The translations under genes and the position numbers were made by a program. The notes below the pieces were generated by a model, which saw nothing but the letters and a program-made list of their open reading frames with translations, was not told the origin of the DNA and made no database searches. Below are positions 52,684 through 64,000 of a stretch of DNA of 64,000 nucleotides, in pieces. Source of the DNA: Podarcis liolepis (taxonomy: Eukaryota); the NCBI GenBank assembly GCA_965112155.1, contig OZ218105.1; one strand, given 5' to 3'. Positions within the stretch are counted from its first letter, which is position 1. Every line of letters starts with the position of its first letter.

Positions 52684-54249
52684 TAACCCGAGGTACCACT
52701 GTATTGGATTGTAGCACTAAGTTAAAGTCACTTAATGGTACAATTGATCTGCTGGGGCAGTGGCAGGAGAAGCTGTGCCCATTCCACCTTTAGCTTATTT
52801 AAGAGGGTGGCCAGGTGCAGGCTGCCCTATTTGCTGACCATCACAGGACTTTTCACCCACCCCAGATGTTAGTGGTCTGCCCAGGGGGGAAGCAGACATG
52901 TGGCATACGGTCTTTGCTATGCTTTGCTTGGTCATCATGTTCGGGGGCAGGGAGGAATTATCTTCTGCAAGCAATTTGGCATGTTTCCACCTACCTCACA
53001 GTAACTGTTACAACTTTGGGGGATAAGGCATTGGGCTGGAGCATACACTGCTAAAGGGGTCTGGGAGGGGTGACTCTGTCCAGGAATCCACACAGGGACT
53101 GTTGGGCCAATACACTCTCCAAATGGCAGCCTGTGCAGGGTTGTGGCACAGTACAGTGTCAAACCCACTAGGTTCCTGTCAGATAGTAGGTGTGTTGCAT
53201 GATGCTGGATACATGCCCAATGCCTAAGCCAAACCTACCCTTTCCTGTAATAAAGTTGTGGCCTAATTCAACCCAATACCAGTCTCCTGCGCTCATTCTT
53301 TCAGCCTTCCCTGTACCAGCTGAGGACATCATGTGCCTATGGCGGCAATCCTCTATTGTGCAGCAGTAAATCTCACATTTCCAAAAACCTGCATGAGAAC
53401 CAAACACATGGAATTTAATCTGGAATAAACTCCTCTCTGAATTCTTTTATGAAATGTATCACAACAAAACAAGTTTATTATTGTCTGGCAATTCCCAATG
53501 AGCCAAGATTTTTTCCTTAGAACTGTACCTGAGCAAGACTTCCTCTATCACTGAAGATTATAAAACTAGATTTAGTGTTATTTTATGTTCAGTTTGTAAC
53601 TAAAGTTTTATGTCCAAGCGGGCAAACATGACTGACTGGTCAAATGTGCAGGCGGCTGCTTTAATAGCATGGGCTTCTCACTTGTCAGGATCTATATATA
53701 TTTCCCCCCTGTCAGAACTTACCTCACAATGGAGAAAGATTGCTAGACATACCCAGGTTAATGTTAAAGCTACTGGCCAATAAAATATTCTGTCAGTGAC
53801 TGCACATCAACCCGCATTTGAATTCTCTGTTCTTGATTAAACATATAGGTATAAGTGCAGGTGAACGGGAATTTGCTTTTTTATGAAGTAAAGTCTGACA
53901 GAAAATGTAAAATGCTCTGGCATGCTGCTCTATGCAATCTTGAGACACATACTCAAACACTTTTACAGAGAACAGGCTTTCACAGCAGTACTTATGCAGG
54001 AACAAGATACCACATGTAGTAATTTATCCTCTACTCACATGCTAAAAAAGGAGGAGGCACTAAAAAAGAACATATGGTCACTGTCCCTTGCCCCATTTTC
54101 TTCCCTGTAGATAAGCTGTCCTGGCATCAGATGTCTCTCACTTTGAGGGTTTGCAAGTTATAACAGAAGCATAAAACAGGAAGCTGCTTCTTCATAACAT
54201 GCAAACGTCTAGGACTCAGACCAGTGCCAAACAATTCAAAGGGTTGGTG

Positions 54250-54600
54250 CTGATCTTCAAAGGCCTTGTATACCTGAAGGAGTGCTGCCATCCCCATCGT
54301 TCAGCCCGGACACTGAGGTCCAGCGCTGAGGGCCTTCTGGTGGTTCCCTCATTGTGAGAAGTGAGGTTACAGGGAACCAGGCAGAGGGCCTTCTCAGAAG
54401 TGCCGTCCTCCCTGTGGAACGCCGTCCCATCAGATATCAAGAAGAAAAATAACTATACAACTTTTAGAAGACCTCTGAAGGCAGACCTGTATCGAGAAGT
54501 TTTAAATGTTTGATATTTTTATATGTGTTGCAAGCTGCCCAGAGTGGCTGGAGCAGCCCAGCCAGATGGGTGGTGTATAAATAATAAAATTATTATTATT
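54250..54600 (+). mobile_element. L2-type LINE 3' end with (ATT)n tail
   Basis: tacctgaaggag...ggacactgaggtccagc...accaggcagagggccttctc...ctgtggaacgcc...gcccagagtggctgg; homologous to 23976-24191. Confidence 0.8.
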
Positions 54601-55625
54601 AAAGTAAATAGTCTTCATTCCTTCTGTTGTATATAACTCTATAATGCAGATCTACAACACATAGACAAATCCACTAGCATTCTTCCCCACACACCATAAC
54701 TGTTGTTACAGTAACGCTTTCTGACAAACATTAGGAATCAGAGGGAAGAAAGGTGTACAAATTCTGTCTCAGCACAGTCTGCTGTTACAAGGTGGCTGAG
54801 AAGCAGGAATGGCATCAGCTACCTGAAGTAAGTATGTGGCATAATTTCACCTGGGTAGTTTAGTATTCATAGCATATGCTACGCTCTGCCAAACCACAAA
54901 GTTGAAATGCATACCTAATAAATATCTGTAGCACCCTTCATCACAATGTATTGTTATGCGTTTGGGGGAGGGGCAGACTCTCCATAATCTCTAGACCCAG
55001 TAAAGAGCTGGAATTTGAGCAAGCTCATGAATTCATGAGGTAAGAAAAGTTTGGTTAATTAAAAGCCAAATGCTGTTGTATTCAGTTTAAGATCACAAGA
55101 CAAGGCAGCTTCACATAGCTAGCCAGAGATAAGCCAAGCCATTAACATGTTGATGGCCCATGATGGCATCCATCTCTCTCAAGAGACAATGGAACACACC
55201 CCATGGGGCTGCTATGTTAGGAGCACTCAAGTGACTTCCCCAGAGTACAAGTAGTGTGTATAGTTACAGCAACTGCCTTTTCGTATTTGTATTAAAACAT
55301 AGATAATACCTTAAATAACTGGACTAGCTACTGAGGGGCAGACTTCTACACTGAAGGACCTGTCCTCTCAATGTCCAATTCCCTACTGAATGAAGACTAC
55401 AATGCATCAACCTAGTTATCGGCTTGGCTTGGCTTTGCATGCAGCTCAGCCTGATTTTTAGTTTACTTTTTTCTAGTTCTCAGACAAATAGCAACAGAAA
55501 TGAGTGTTCATCTTGTTATTTAAACATCAGTACATGAGCCTCAAATTTTGTTGTCTTCCCTGCCCCTGATTACTTGATCTAATATACTTTAGACAAGGGA
55601 AACATATTGGAGTTCTTGCTTTTAC

Positions 55626-55736
55626 CTTTGCTTCAATCTGTTTAGTATCTGGATTTTGGAACAAGAATTTGATTTTGCTCTTGCCATCATCTGAAGACCC
55701 TTTAAGCTGGGAAAACTTGTACCGCCATAGTACAGC
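55626..55736 (-). CDS. SNTG1: Gamma-1-syntrophin, penultimate coding exon (111 bp, phase 0/0; AVLWRYKFSQLKGSSDDGKSKIKFLFQNPDTKQIEAK, syntrophin-unique domain)
   Basis: Hand translation of the minus strand matches the recalled human SNTG1 peptide. AG acceptor at 55737-55738 after a long pyrimidine tract; GT donor (AAG|GTAAA) at 55624-55625. Confidence 0.95.
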
Positions 55737-58700
55737 CTAAAAGGGGGGGGGGGGAGAGAGAGAGAGAAGAAGAAGAAGGGGAAAAAACATACACAGGAAC
55801 ATCAGCACACAAAATATAAGCAGAGAAAAAGTCCTTCTAGAGAACTTTATAACGTACCAATGATAATAAAATTAAACAAGAGCATTGTTCTCTGCTCCGA
55901 AGTCTCTTTGATCATAAAACTGCACCACATTTTGACAGTGTCTGGTTCAGAGCAGTCAGGCTGCATTTGTGAAATGTTCGTTGAAATCCTTTTAGCTTAG
56001 CCTGACCCTGGTTAACAGCAAAAGATAGAAGTAAAGTGAAGACCCCAATTTACACTATGTCAAAGACGTGTTAAATAAGCCAGACTTCATCTCCTGTCCT
56101 GAGCACCTATTTATTGCAGATTAACTCATTTTCTTAGTGCAAAGTTAGTGTTCTGATAACTTCCATTTCAATAACATTGGCCAAATGGGCTGATGAATGT
56201 TATGTAATGGAGCAGGGTTTCCAAATGGCTTCCTACCTGAGGGGAAAAACATAGGACTATCATCTTGTGCTCTAGAACTTACTTCTACCCATCATGATCA
56301 AACTATATCTGTATGTCCATTTCTAGGTGAGACAAATACACCAATCAGATTGCTAGACATGGGACTTTGGCTTCATTCAGCTCTTGTGAAAGCAAAGAAA
56401 CCATCTGTAATTCCAAAATTGTAACCTGGAGCAATGGATCCAACTGCCTTTAGAGAAATTGTTCCCCAAAGAATGATGAAATATTACAAACTCTACCTAT
56501 CAAGTAAATGCTTTGAAGCATCCTCTACAAATCCCAACACCAAAAATTACAGCCTATTATTATTATTACTGCTACTTATTTAAGGTCCCAGGGCTGGTTA
56601 CAACAATCTGAAATACAATATTAAAAACCATTTAAAAACTTACAATTTACAAAAAATACAGACATAAAAAATAGGGTGGGCTTTAAAAATATACATATCA
56701 CGTGTCAAAGGCCAGGGAAAAGAGGTAGCCCGTCAGCATTCACTGAATACGGGATGTGAATAAATGGTCTTCTTTAAGTTTCTGAGATGTAAACAGGTTA
56801 AGCACATTCAGTTCAAGGTGTCTATGGAGTCTGGTTGCATTTAGGCTTTCTTAGTGCTCCTTAAGTCAGGATGGCGCCTACCACCATGATCCTGCTCCAC
56901 ACTCCATTGTACATAGTTTGAATATTTGCATGGGGCTACTGTTAACTGGCCATTAGCCAAAATGTACTCTTATTTGCTTGAACTGTTTGGAATTAGTAAG
57001 ACCAAGATACTGTCCCAAACTCTGCCCATTTTGAGGGTTGTGATGGAGTCACACAACATAGTGGAGCTATGGGTCAACAGTCAACGGTGCTTGTTTTTCT
57101 GGCAAAGTGGCAGGTCTGTGGCAGTACTTATTCAGGTGCATGCCTCAGTATCATGTACACTTGGTACAATAGTGTAGCATCCAAGCTTTTTACAGTAGTC
57201 TAGCATTCCATTCTGGATTCCCTCACACAGGTTCACTCAGTTCTTAAAACAAAAGTTTAATACTAAATGTTAGAACATATTATAATGTAATATACAATGA
57301 GTGCATTGGGATCTCTGGGCTGGGGAGCTCAAGTTCATAAATGCACATTTATAGCCAAAAATTATAAAGTTTCCAATAGCCAGTATAAGTTTGGCTTTCC
57401 AAAAGTAACAGGTATTGCTGCTCAGCATCAGATAAACACAAGTTTTAGGGTTTTTAAGCCCTCAATGTATTTTTTTTTTTTTGTATTTTCACTTGCTGGT
57501 TTTATAATGGTGGACAATTTTATAATTGTTTGTATTGTACACTCTTTTTTTGTTTGTATTGTACACTCTTGTACACAGTTCTTTTTTCAGTTTAATTGAA
57601 GCCTCCCTGAAAATACAGTTGTATTTAAGCTGCATGGTTTACATTTAGCAAACAAATTAGAAGATTCCTCCCCCCCACACACACACATTAATGTGGAAAA
57701 TACTAATAGAGATAATGCTGTGTAATCCTTATTTCCTCCAGGTCACTATTAACCCCAAAGTGAAGAAGCAGATACTGAGGGTGAGATATTTAACTTGGGT
57801 ATAAAATTGCTATGCTGAGACAGGCCATCTGGTTCATCATTCTGCTCTAGCTATGGACAAATGCCTAAGGGAAGCTTACAAGAAGGGCAAGATGGTGACA
57901 ACCGTGTTAATCTGAAGAAATAAACATCCACTGATTGATCTTTGCAAACTAATCTAGCATTCTGGGCCATAACTGCAATCAATTTCAGTGGGTTAAATTA
58001 AGCATTTTCATTTCTCCAGCCTTTCATTTGTTTTACCCCTGCCTCTAGACTACCGATAAACTTCATTTCAGCAATGACACATTGTGCAACTCCCCATTCT
58101 CAGATTTTAACAAAAGAACAAAAATGGTTCCAACTAAATGCCTGGGATATAGAGCAAAGTCTTGAAAAGATTGTAATGTTGGCACTAGGTGTGGCTCCTT
58201 AGAGAGGGATTCCAAAGTCAAAGAGCCACAACAGCTTCTTTGCAGCTGTGTATTATATCTCCGTTCAAGAAATTTCTTGGATATGGATCTCTACAGAAGA
58301 TTTTTAGACACAATAAGATTGCTATAAGAAGACTAAGCTTATTAATCAGGGCTGGGTGGGAAATCTCTGTCCTGTGGGCCTAATTAGGCTCAGAGTGAAT
58401 CCCAATTTAGACTGCAATGCTGCTTTCTCTAAACCTGACCACTTGCCCCACACCTGATAGTCTCATTTGTTGATGCACTTTCATTACCCTTCGAAGGGAC
58501 TTGCTGCAAGATCCTAATTGTCCGTTTGCAGATGCTGTTTGGGCACAGGACACCTGTACAACATTGTAGCAAGGATCATGGACTTAGAAGGACTACAGTG
58601 ATGGGGGGGGGGAGCTAAAGCAAGGGAAAGGGTTTGCCTGGTGCCTGCCTTCACATCTTCACATCCAGCAGAGACCTTTTTGTTTTCCTAGACCAGCTTT

Positions 58701-59419
58701 AGCTTCTCAGTTGGCCTTCATTTCTATCAAATGATTTCTTGCTGCTTTTATCTAGCTATCATTATGATTTCTGCTATTGCCTGCTGGTTTTTTAAAACAA
58801 GTTTTTTTCCTGTATACTGTTTACATAAGCTGCCCTGGAAGCTTTGCTGAAAGGAGGGTTACAAATGCACATGTTCAGAAGGTCAAAAGTGAGCAGGAAA
58901 AAAACCAAAGCACAAAACCGCTACAAAGCATGCAATGCCGGCCATCCAGGCACCAGCAAACAAAATGTACAGTAGTTGCAAGAAAAATTTAATAAGCACC
59001 CTCCCTCTCTAACTTTTCTGTGGTCTTTTGATCATCACAAAACTTCACATTTTCTACTCCAAATTCCAGGATAATGCAGTATTTCAAGAACTGCTTCTCA
59101 GCAAAATGAAAATAATGGGAACTATCAATGTGCACTTGCTAGGAAACATTATTAATTTGACATTTCATACTACAACTGGCTGAACATATTTTACCCTATG
59201 TCAGGAAACCTGACCTTCCTACCTAATTTGTTGATTCTCACAGGCCTGGTGTGAAATGGTTTAGCATTAACTGCTTGAGCTCTGGACTTGTGTGCTCCTC
59301 ATTTCCTTTTCTCGTATGGCTGCAAGGAGGAAATTGGAAACTTTGGTTTCCATTCTGATTTACCCACAGTGTACTGTTGCATCCAAACTTTAAAGAGGTT
59401 CATCTGAACTGTAATGTAG

Positions 59420-59545
59420 AGTTGGGGTGGCCAACCTGTAGCTCTGCAGTTGTTGCTGCACTACAACTCCCACCAGATCCAGACACCACGGACAAGGCTG
59501 ATGGGAGTTGTAGTTCAACAGCATCTGGGGGGGCTGCAGGCTTAG
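59420..59545. mobile_element. Degenerate palindromic hAT MITE related to 12797-12932
   Basis: actacaactccca...tgggagttgtagt stem and catctggggggg end. Confidence 0.55.
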
Positions 59546-60224
59546 GAAAACAAACCAACTTCCTAAACCATGGTTTTGTTGGGATTTGGTTAGTTAAACT
59601 CTGGTTAGTTAAAAATGGAAGTGAAAACTACTGCTCTCCTTGTGCCTGCACTAGAGGAAAACAGAGGGCAGGGTGGCTAATGAAGCCCAGGCTCATTCCT
59701 GCAACACTCAATTATAGTTTTGCATTACATCCAAATGAAGCCGACATAGCTCTTGTTAGAAACATCTGTTCCTCTTGATTTTATTAGAGGATAAATCTAA
59801 TTGGGAAAGAAAACCCTCTAAAAGCATCACATTCTTATTGCTCTTGACATTGTATCATGCAAACACACTGTTCCAAGATGGGCTTAATACATCCTTCCTT
59901 GAATTCACTTTTGTTACAAAGCTTTGCTACTTAGCAGAGCTTGGAATTGGCACTCTGGGAAATAGGCAGTGTATCAGCCATCCCATCATGCCAGCTTGTT
60001 CCGACCAAAATGAAAGCTACCCTCTAGTGTGCCAGGTGCTGGGTTTGGAGTGGTGAAGAATCCTGATTACTTCTTAGGCACTAGCTTTTTTCCTTGTTTG
60101 GCACAAGTGATTTAATTTTAATTGGAAGCTGCAGGGTTAGCTTCATTGCCAGCTAATAATGACCCGATTTCAGAAAACATGGAAGCTGCTAAAGCCATCT
60201 GGCTTTGTGGGTTGAGGAATTTCA

Positions 60225-60975
60225 AAACCAAGAATATCCCTGTTGGATAACACCAAGGATCCATCGAGTCCAGCATCCTGCTTCTAGAAGTGATCAGCCG
60301 GATGCTTTCGGGAATTCTACAAATATGTCAAGAAGGCATCTGTCTTCTTGTTTGCCCCACAACAAATAATATTCTGAGACAAGCTGCCTCTGAATTTGAA
60401 GGTACAATTTAGCTGCCATGGTTAATAGTCATTCACAGGCATATCCTCTGTGGATTAATTTTTATTATCCTCTGAAGCCCCCTGTCTTACATCTAGTGGC
60501 AGCAACTTCCATTCAGTTAACTATGTGATATGAAAAGGACTTTCTTTTGTTTGTCTTTTGTGGTAGAGAATCAAGTTTGCCTGCAGAAGGTCATGAGTTC
60601 AATCTCTGGCAACTCCAGGTAGGGGCTGGAGAAGATTGCCTGCCTGAAACCCTGGACAGCCACTGCCAATCAGTGTCAAGATTACTAAGCAAAATGGACC
60701 AATCATCTGACTTGATATAAGGTAGCCTTTTATGTTTATGGGGAAGGGCTACAACTCAGTGGTACAGAATCTGGTTTGCATGAAGGTGGTCCAAGGTTTA
60801 ATTGGCTGCATCTCCAGTTAGGAATGAAAATATCCCCCATCAGAAAGCATGGAAATCTGCTGCTTTATCAGTGCAGTGGTCTGATTTGAAATAAGGCAGC
60901 TTCTAGTGTTTCTATTAATGACCACAAGTTCCAGTGTTTCAGTCACCTTTTTCATACCAAGCATAATTTATGCAT
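60225..60975 (-). mobile_element. Old CR1 LINE 3' fragment, interrupted by two SINEs
   Basis: caccaaggatccatcgagtccagcatcctg...gtggcagcaacttccat...aaaaggactttcttttgtttgtc; resumes after about 60915. Confidence 0.55.
60560..60914 (+). mobile_element. Two head-to-tail tRNA-derived SINEs (about 60560-60739 and 60740-60914), same family as 33921-34100
   Basis: Each has a gtggta(g/c)ag A-box-like segment, a degenerate B box, ctccag..agg, and ends ...ataagg(t/c)agc..t.tgttt. Confidence 0.65.
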
Positions 60976-61299
60976 AGTTATACTCAGGCTAAAGGGGTGG
61001 GGAGCGTTACATAAATATTTCCTAGTTTGGTGAAAGTGCTAATGAAACCCTAACAATACATGCTATACTGCAAAGCCATGATACTGGATTCCAATAAAGA
61101 ATGTAGGGAGTTGATTGCTCTTTTGGACAGAAAATTACAATATGGGAACTGAAACAACGACTGAACTACCATCAGTATAATGAGAATGACACATTTCCAT
61201 TTTCTGAACACAAAGTGGTAGGTGACAGTCTTGAACTGGCATATGGTACCAGGAAAGAATTGGTGGGGGGGGGGGTGAACAACTTGATACTTCATCCAG

Positions 61300-61490
61300 A
61301 TAAGATGGAAATGCTGTTAAAGGCTCTATGAATTTGAAGATGAGTATCCAGTCTCTTCTGGATGAAGATGCTTCCAAGGTATGTACAGCTGGATATGCTC
61401 CTGGATTCAGCCTGCACTTTTTAACCAGCTTTGGCTTGTTTGCCTGCCTGAGCCACAGGAATTGATCCTGGCCTCTGTATTCAATCCATA
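61300..61490 (-). mobile_element. Old L2-like remnant
   Basis: Degenerate similarity to the L2 post-RT region (ORF ...VHTLEASSSRRDWILI). Confidence 0.35.
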
Positions 61491-64000
61491 ACAAATCTAA
61501 AGGATGTTTAGTAAAGAATAATTAATTTGTGCTTCGTGTAATTTTAATATTACACTTCTTGCTAGCTACTTTAGACGTTGTTTGCTATAGAAAAGTGAAG
61601 TAATAATAATCAAGAACTACAAAGGCTTTGAAACCCAAAGGCCATCACTCATCATCCCAACCCCCCAGTTTTTGATGAGTGGCAGGAGAGATAAAAGGGT
61701 AAGGATCTCAAGTTTGAATTATTCAGCTTTTCTGGCATCAGAAAAGGAAAAGCAGCAGTAGGATTTTGTCTTCACTCATGAATTTCAAAGATAACGAAAA
61801 GGCTTTTTGAGTTTCTCAAAAAAATAAAAATACCAGGCTAGATTATGATATGCTGTTATGAGTGTTGCTGTCAAAAGTAATAAATTGTAAAGATCAATAA
61901 TATTGGGTAGCACTAGCTTTCTACTGAAAAATACCATTGTTGTGAGGTAGGAACCTTCATAGTACAAGCTCCCATGTGATCTGGAACCCTGAGCAATCAG
62001 TTCCTCCTCTTGTATTATTGTTAGCAGGGAATAGAATGTCAGAATAAAGCTGTTGAATTCCTATGCTTGTGTCACCAACCTCAAGGAAGCTTCCTAATTC
62101 GACCAAAATCTTGGGCTTAGTCCCTTTATCTGCTTTCTGTGGGCAAGCCTTCTCCTACAATTCATGTGACTGGTGACAGCCCCCACCTCACCATGCCTCA
62201 AGAAATGGATTCACTCACTTGAGTCAGAGGCTCTCTCAAAGTTTGGTGAGAAAAGCTCAGAGATCTCAAAACCCTTCTGGCATTTTCTTGTGGGCCAGAT
62301 CAGGGACCTTTCAACACCGCTGAGCAGTGATTTGTGTACTGATATGTATGATACATGCAGAAACTCTCACAATTTTCCTGCACATTGCTTAGCTGATCAG
62401 TAAAGGCCCTGATTGACCAGAAGTGCAATTTTTGACATGAAAATTGAAGCTGTCAGAAATTTGGTCCAGCTCTTAATAATAAAAACACAGTAATGTGAAC
62501 AAAGAGAATATCGATGGGGGTATGTGATAGGTTCCAAACCAAATTTATTCTTCTGGTCAAGTAAACACCTTGGGAAAATAATCTGCAGTGTTCTTTGAGG
62601 AGGCTTAGGGTATATTTTGGCAGTGGGGTGGGGGGAGAAATCAATGGAAAGGCACCCACTGACTTCAGTGAAGTATAGATCAGGCTTGTGGTAATCATGA
62701 TAATGTAAAAGCTGATAGTATGTCAGTGGCCTGTCAAAGCAAATTACTTGCTTCAGGTGAATGAGCAAAGTAGGATTTTATAAGGCTAGAGAAAATATTA
62801 CAAGGACTGAGGCTGATTCTAATGGTTTCTGTCTGGAAGGCAGCTGACATTTCTCTTATTCTGACACTGTTGCCAGCTGGATATGTTGATTAAGATATCT
62901 GTGTGTGGTTTCTTCTGTTCTGAAAATATAAATCCAAAGCCATAACTATGTTAATAGTTTTGTTAGTGCAGTTTCCTATCTGATGGATTCTATCAGAGGA
63001 AACGGTGTTGAAAGAGATTTTAGAGGAAAGTAGCACCATGGAAGAAGAAAAACAAACTGTGCTTTGTTTTTCATGACTCTCATAGAGAAAGTACAATCTT
63101 GACATTTGACCAATGTGGATTGTGATTTTTCTATTAACATCTAGATAATAAAACAATCACCCTGATCCAGAGAAAACAATCTGCAAGTAGAAACCTATTT
63201 CACTCCATATCATTTGTTGTGAGCGGGAGTAGGAAACAGAAGCTGGCACAGGCACTTTTTTTTTTTGAATGCATTATAGGTTATCAGCACTGTCAGAGCT
63301 CTTACTATGGCGGGGGAAACGTCAGGAACACAACCAAAACCCCATTCTCTGCTTCTGGCTCCCTCAATCAGGACCACGGAATGAAGGGCTATGATTCAAA
63401 AGCATATTGTCTGCATGCTAAAAGCTTCAGTCCCTTTTCTCGTTTGTTTAAGAAATTTGTAGCAATGGGCAAGTTTGCACGGATTACATTTATAATTAGG
63501 CTTGTCAAAATGAGTTTCTCCCCTTCCTCCTTGAGACTGGAAAACTGGCTGAGTTTATTCTGAACCAGTTAAAAGCAAGAATGGACTCAGTCATTCTCCC
63601 AATGGCATCACTGTGAGTGCAGTGCTTAATGCTCCCCCCTCCCTACTTCTCATAAGCACCCAAATCCCCTTGCCCAGTGGCAGCACTTTCTGCTCTTGTG
63701 GTAACAGTATGAAGGGTTTATGTTTCCCTAAGCTCCTGGCATCAGGATTGTAGCTGTTTGAAGGAATGTGAGGCAAGGAAAGATGTCTTCACACATTCTC
63801 TGCCACCAGAGCAGCAGCACCTGCTACCAGGTAAGAGAGATTAGGTAAAGAAGGAGTTCATCTCTGAACTGAATTAGAAAAAAACTAAACTGGAAAAGAA
63901 TTCCAGAGATGCAATGCTTCTCTTCAAATGGAAAGCCATACTGAATGCCAAACTTCATGTGAACTTTGGCCATATCTCTAGAAGTTTGTCCCTTTAGAGC

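Larger units (their letters stand above)
51239..52701. mobile_element. Tigger-like MITE (host; pieces 51239-51256, 52013-52166, 52686-52701) interrupted by two nested insertions
   Basis: Pieces reassemble into the family seen at 11054 and 22740; outer TA TSDs at 51237-51238 and 52702-52703. Confidence 0.92.
48519..55625 (-). other. SNTG1: Last intron of SNTG1 (7107 bp, GT-AG)
   Basis: Lies between the two exons above and has canonical ends. Confidence 0.9.

Noticed and set aside
51221-52686. Many overlapping 60-150 aa ORFs on both strands
   Set aside because: GC-rich, stop-poor MITE interiors; no transposase or other recognisable motif.
59478-59498. REST/NRSE-like cagacaccacggacaag
   Set aside because: The left half-site is broken, and it lies in a MITE loop.
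55739-64000. Further upstream SNTG1 exons
   Set aside because: Looked for the preceding exon (CKTYAC...FDAATK-like) and did not find it; presumably beyond the window.

Overview
Eukaryotic DNA from a squamate reptile. BovB, Sauria SINE, CR1, L2, L1, Penelope, hAT and Tc1/mariner elements are present, and the MITE families suggest a lacertid lizard. The only host gene I recognise is the 3' end of SNTG1 (gamma-1-syntrophin) on the minus strand: penultimate coding exon 55626-55736, a 7107-bp last intron, terminal coding exon 48324-48518 and a likely AATAAA at 48034-48039. Positions 1 to about 48 kb appear to be repeat-rich intergenic DNA downstream of SNTG1, with a few enhancer-like, repeat-free stretches. 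The most unusual structure is in the last SNTG1 intron (51239-52701). There, a Tigger-like MITE carries two different Tc2-like MITEs, inserted at the mirror-image TA of its two terminal inverted repeats and in opposite orientation, giving a composite-transposon-like 1.46-kb inverted structure. Also notable: an Ala/Thr-expanded SNTG1 C-terminus, an 80-codon ORF overlapping the SNTG1 stop (TGATG), an 8-site TGACA motif cluster, and fold-back repair scars. I found no clear evidence of a new protein-coding system. Repeat family names and human comparisons come from recall, not database searches.
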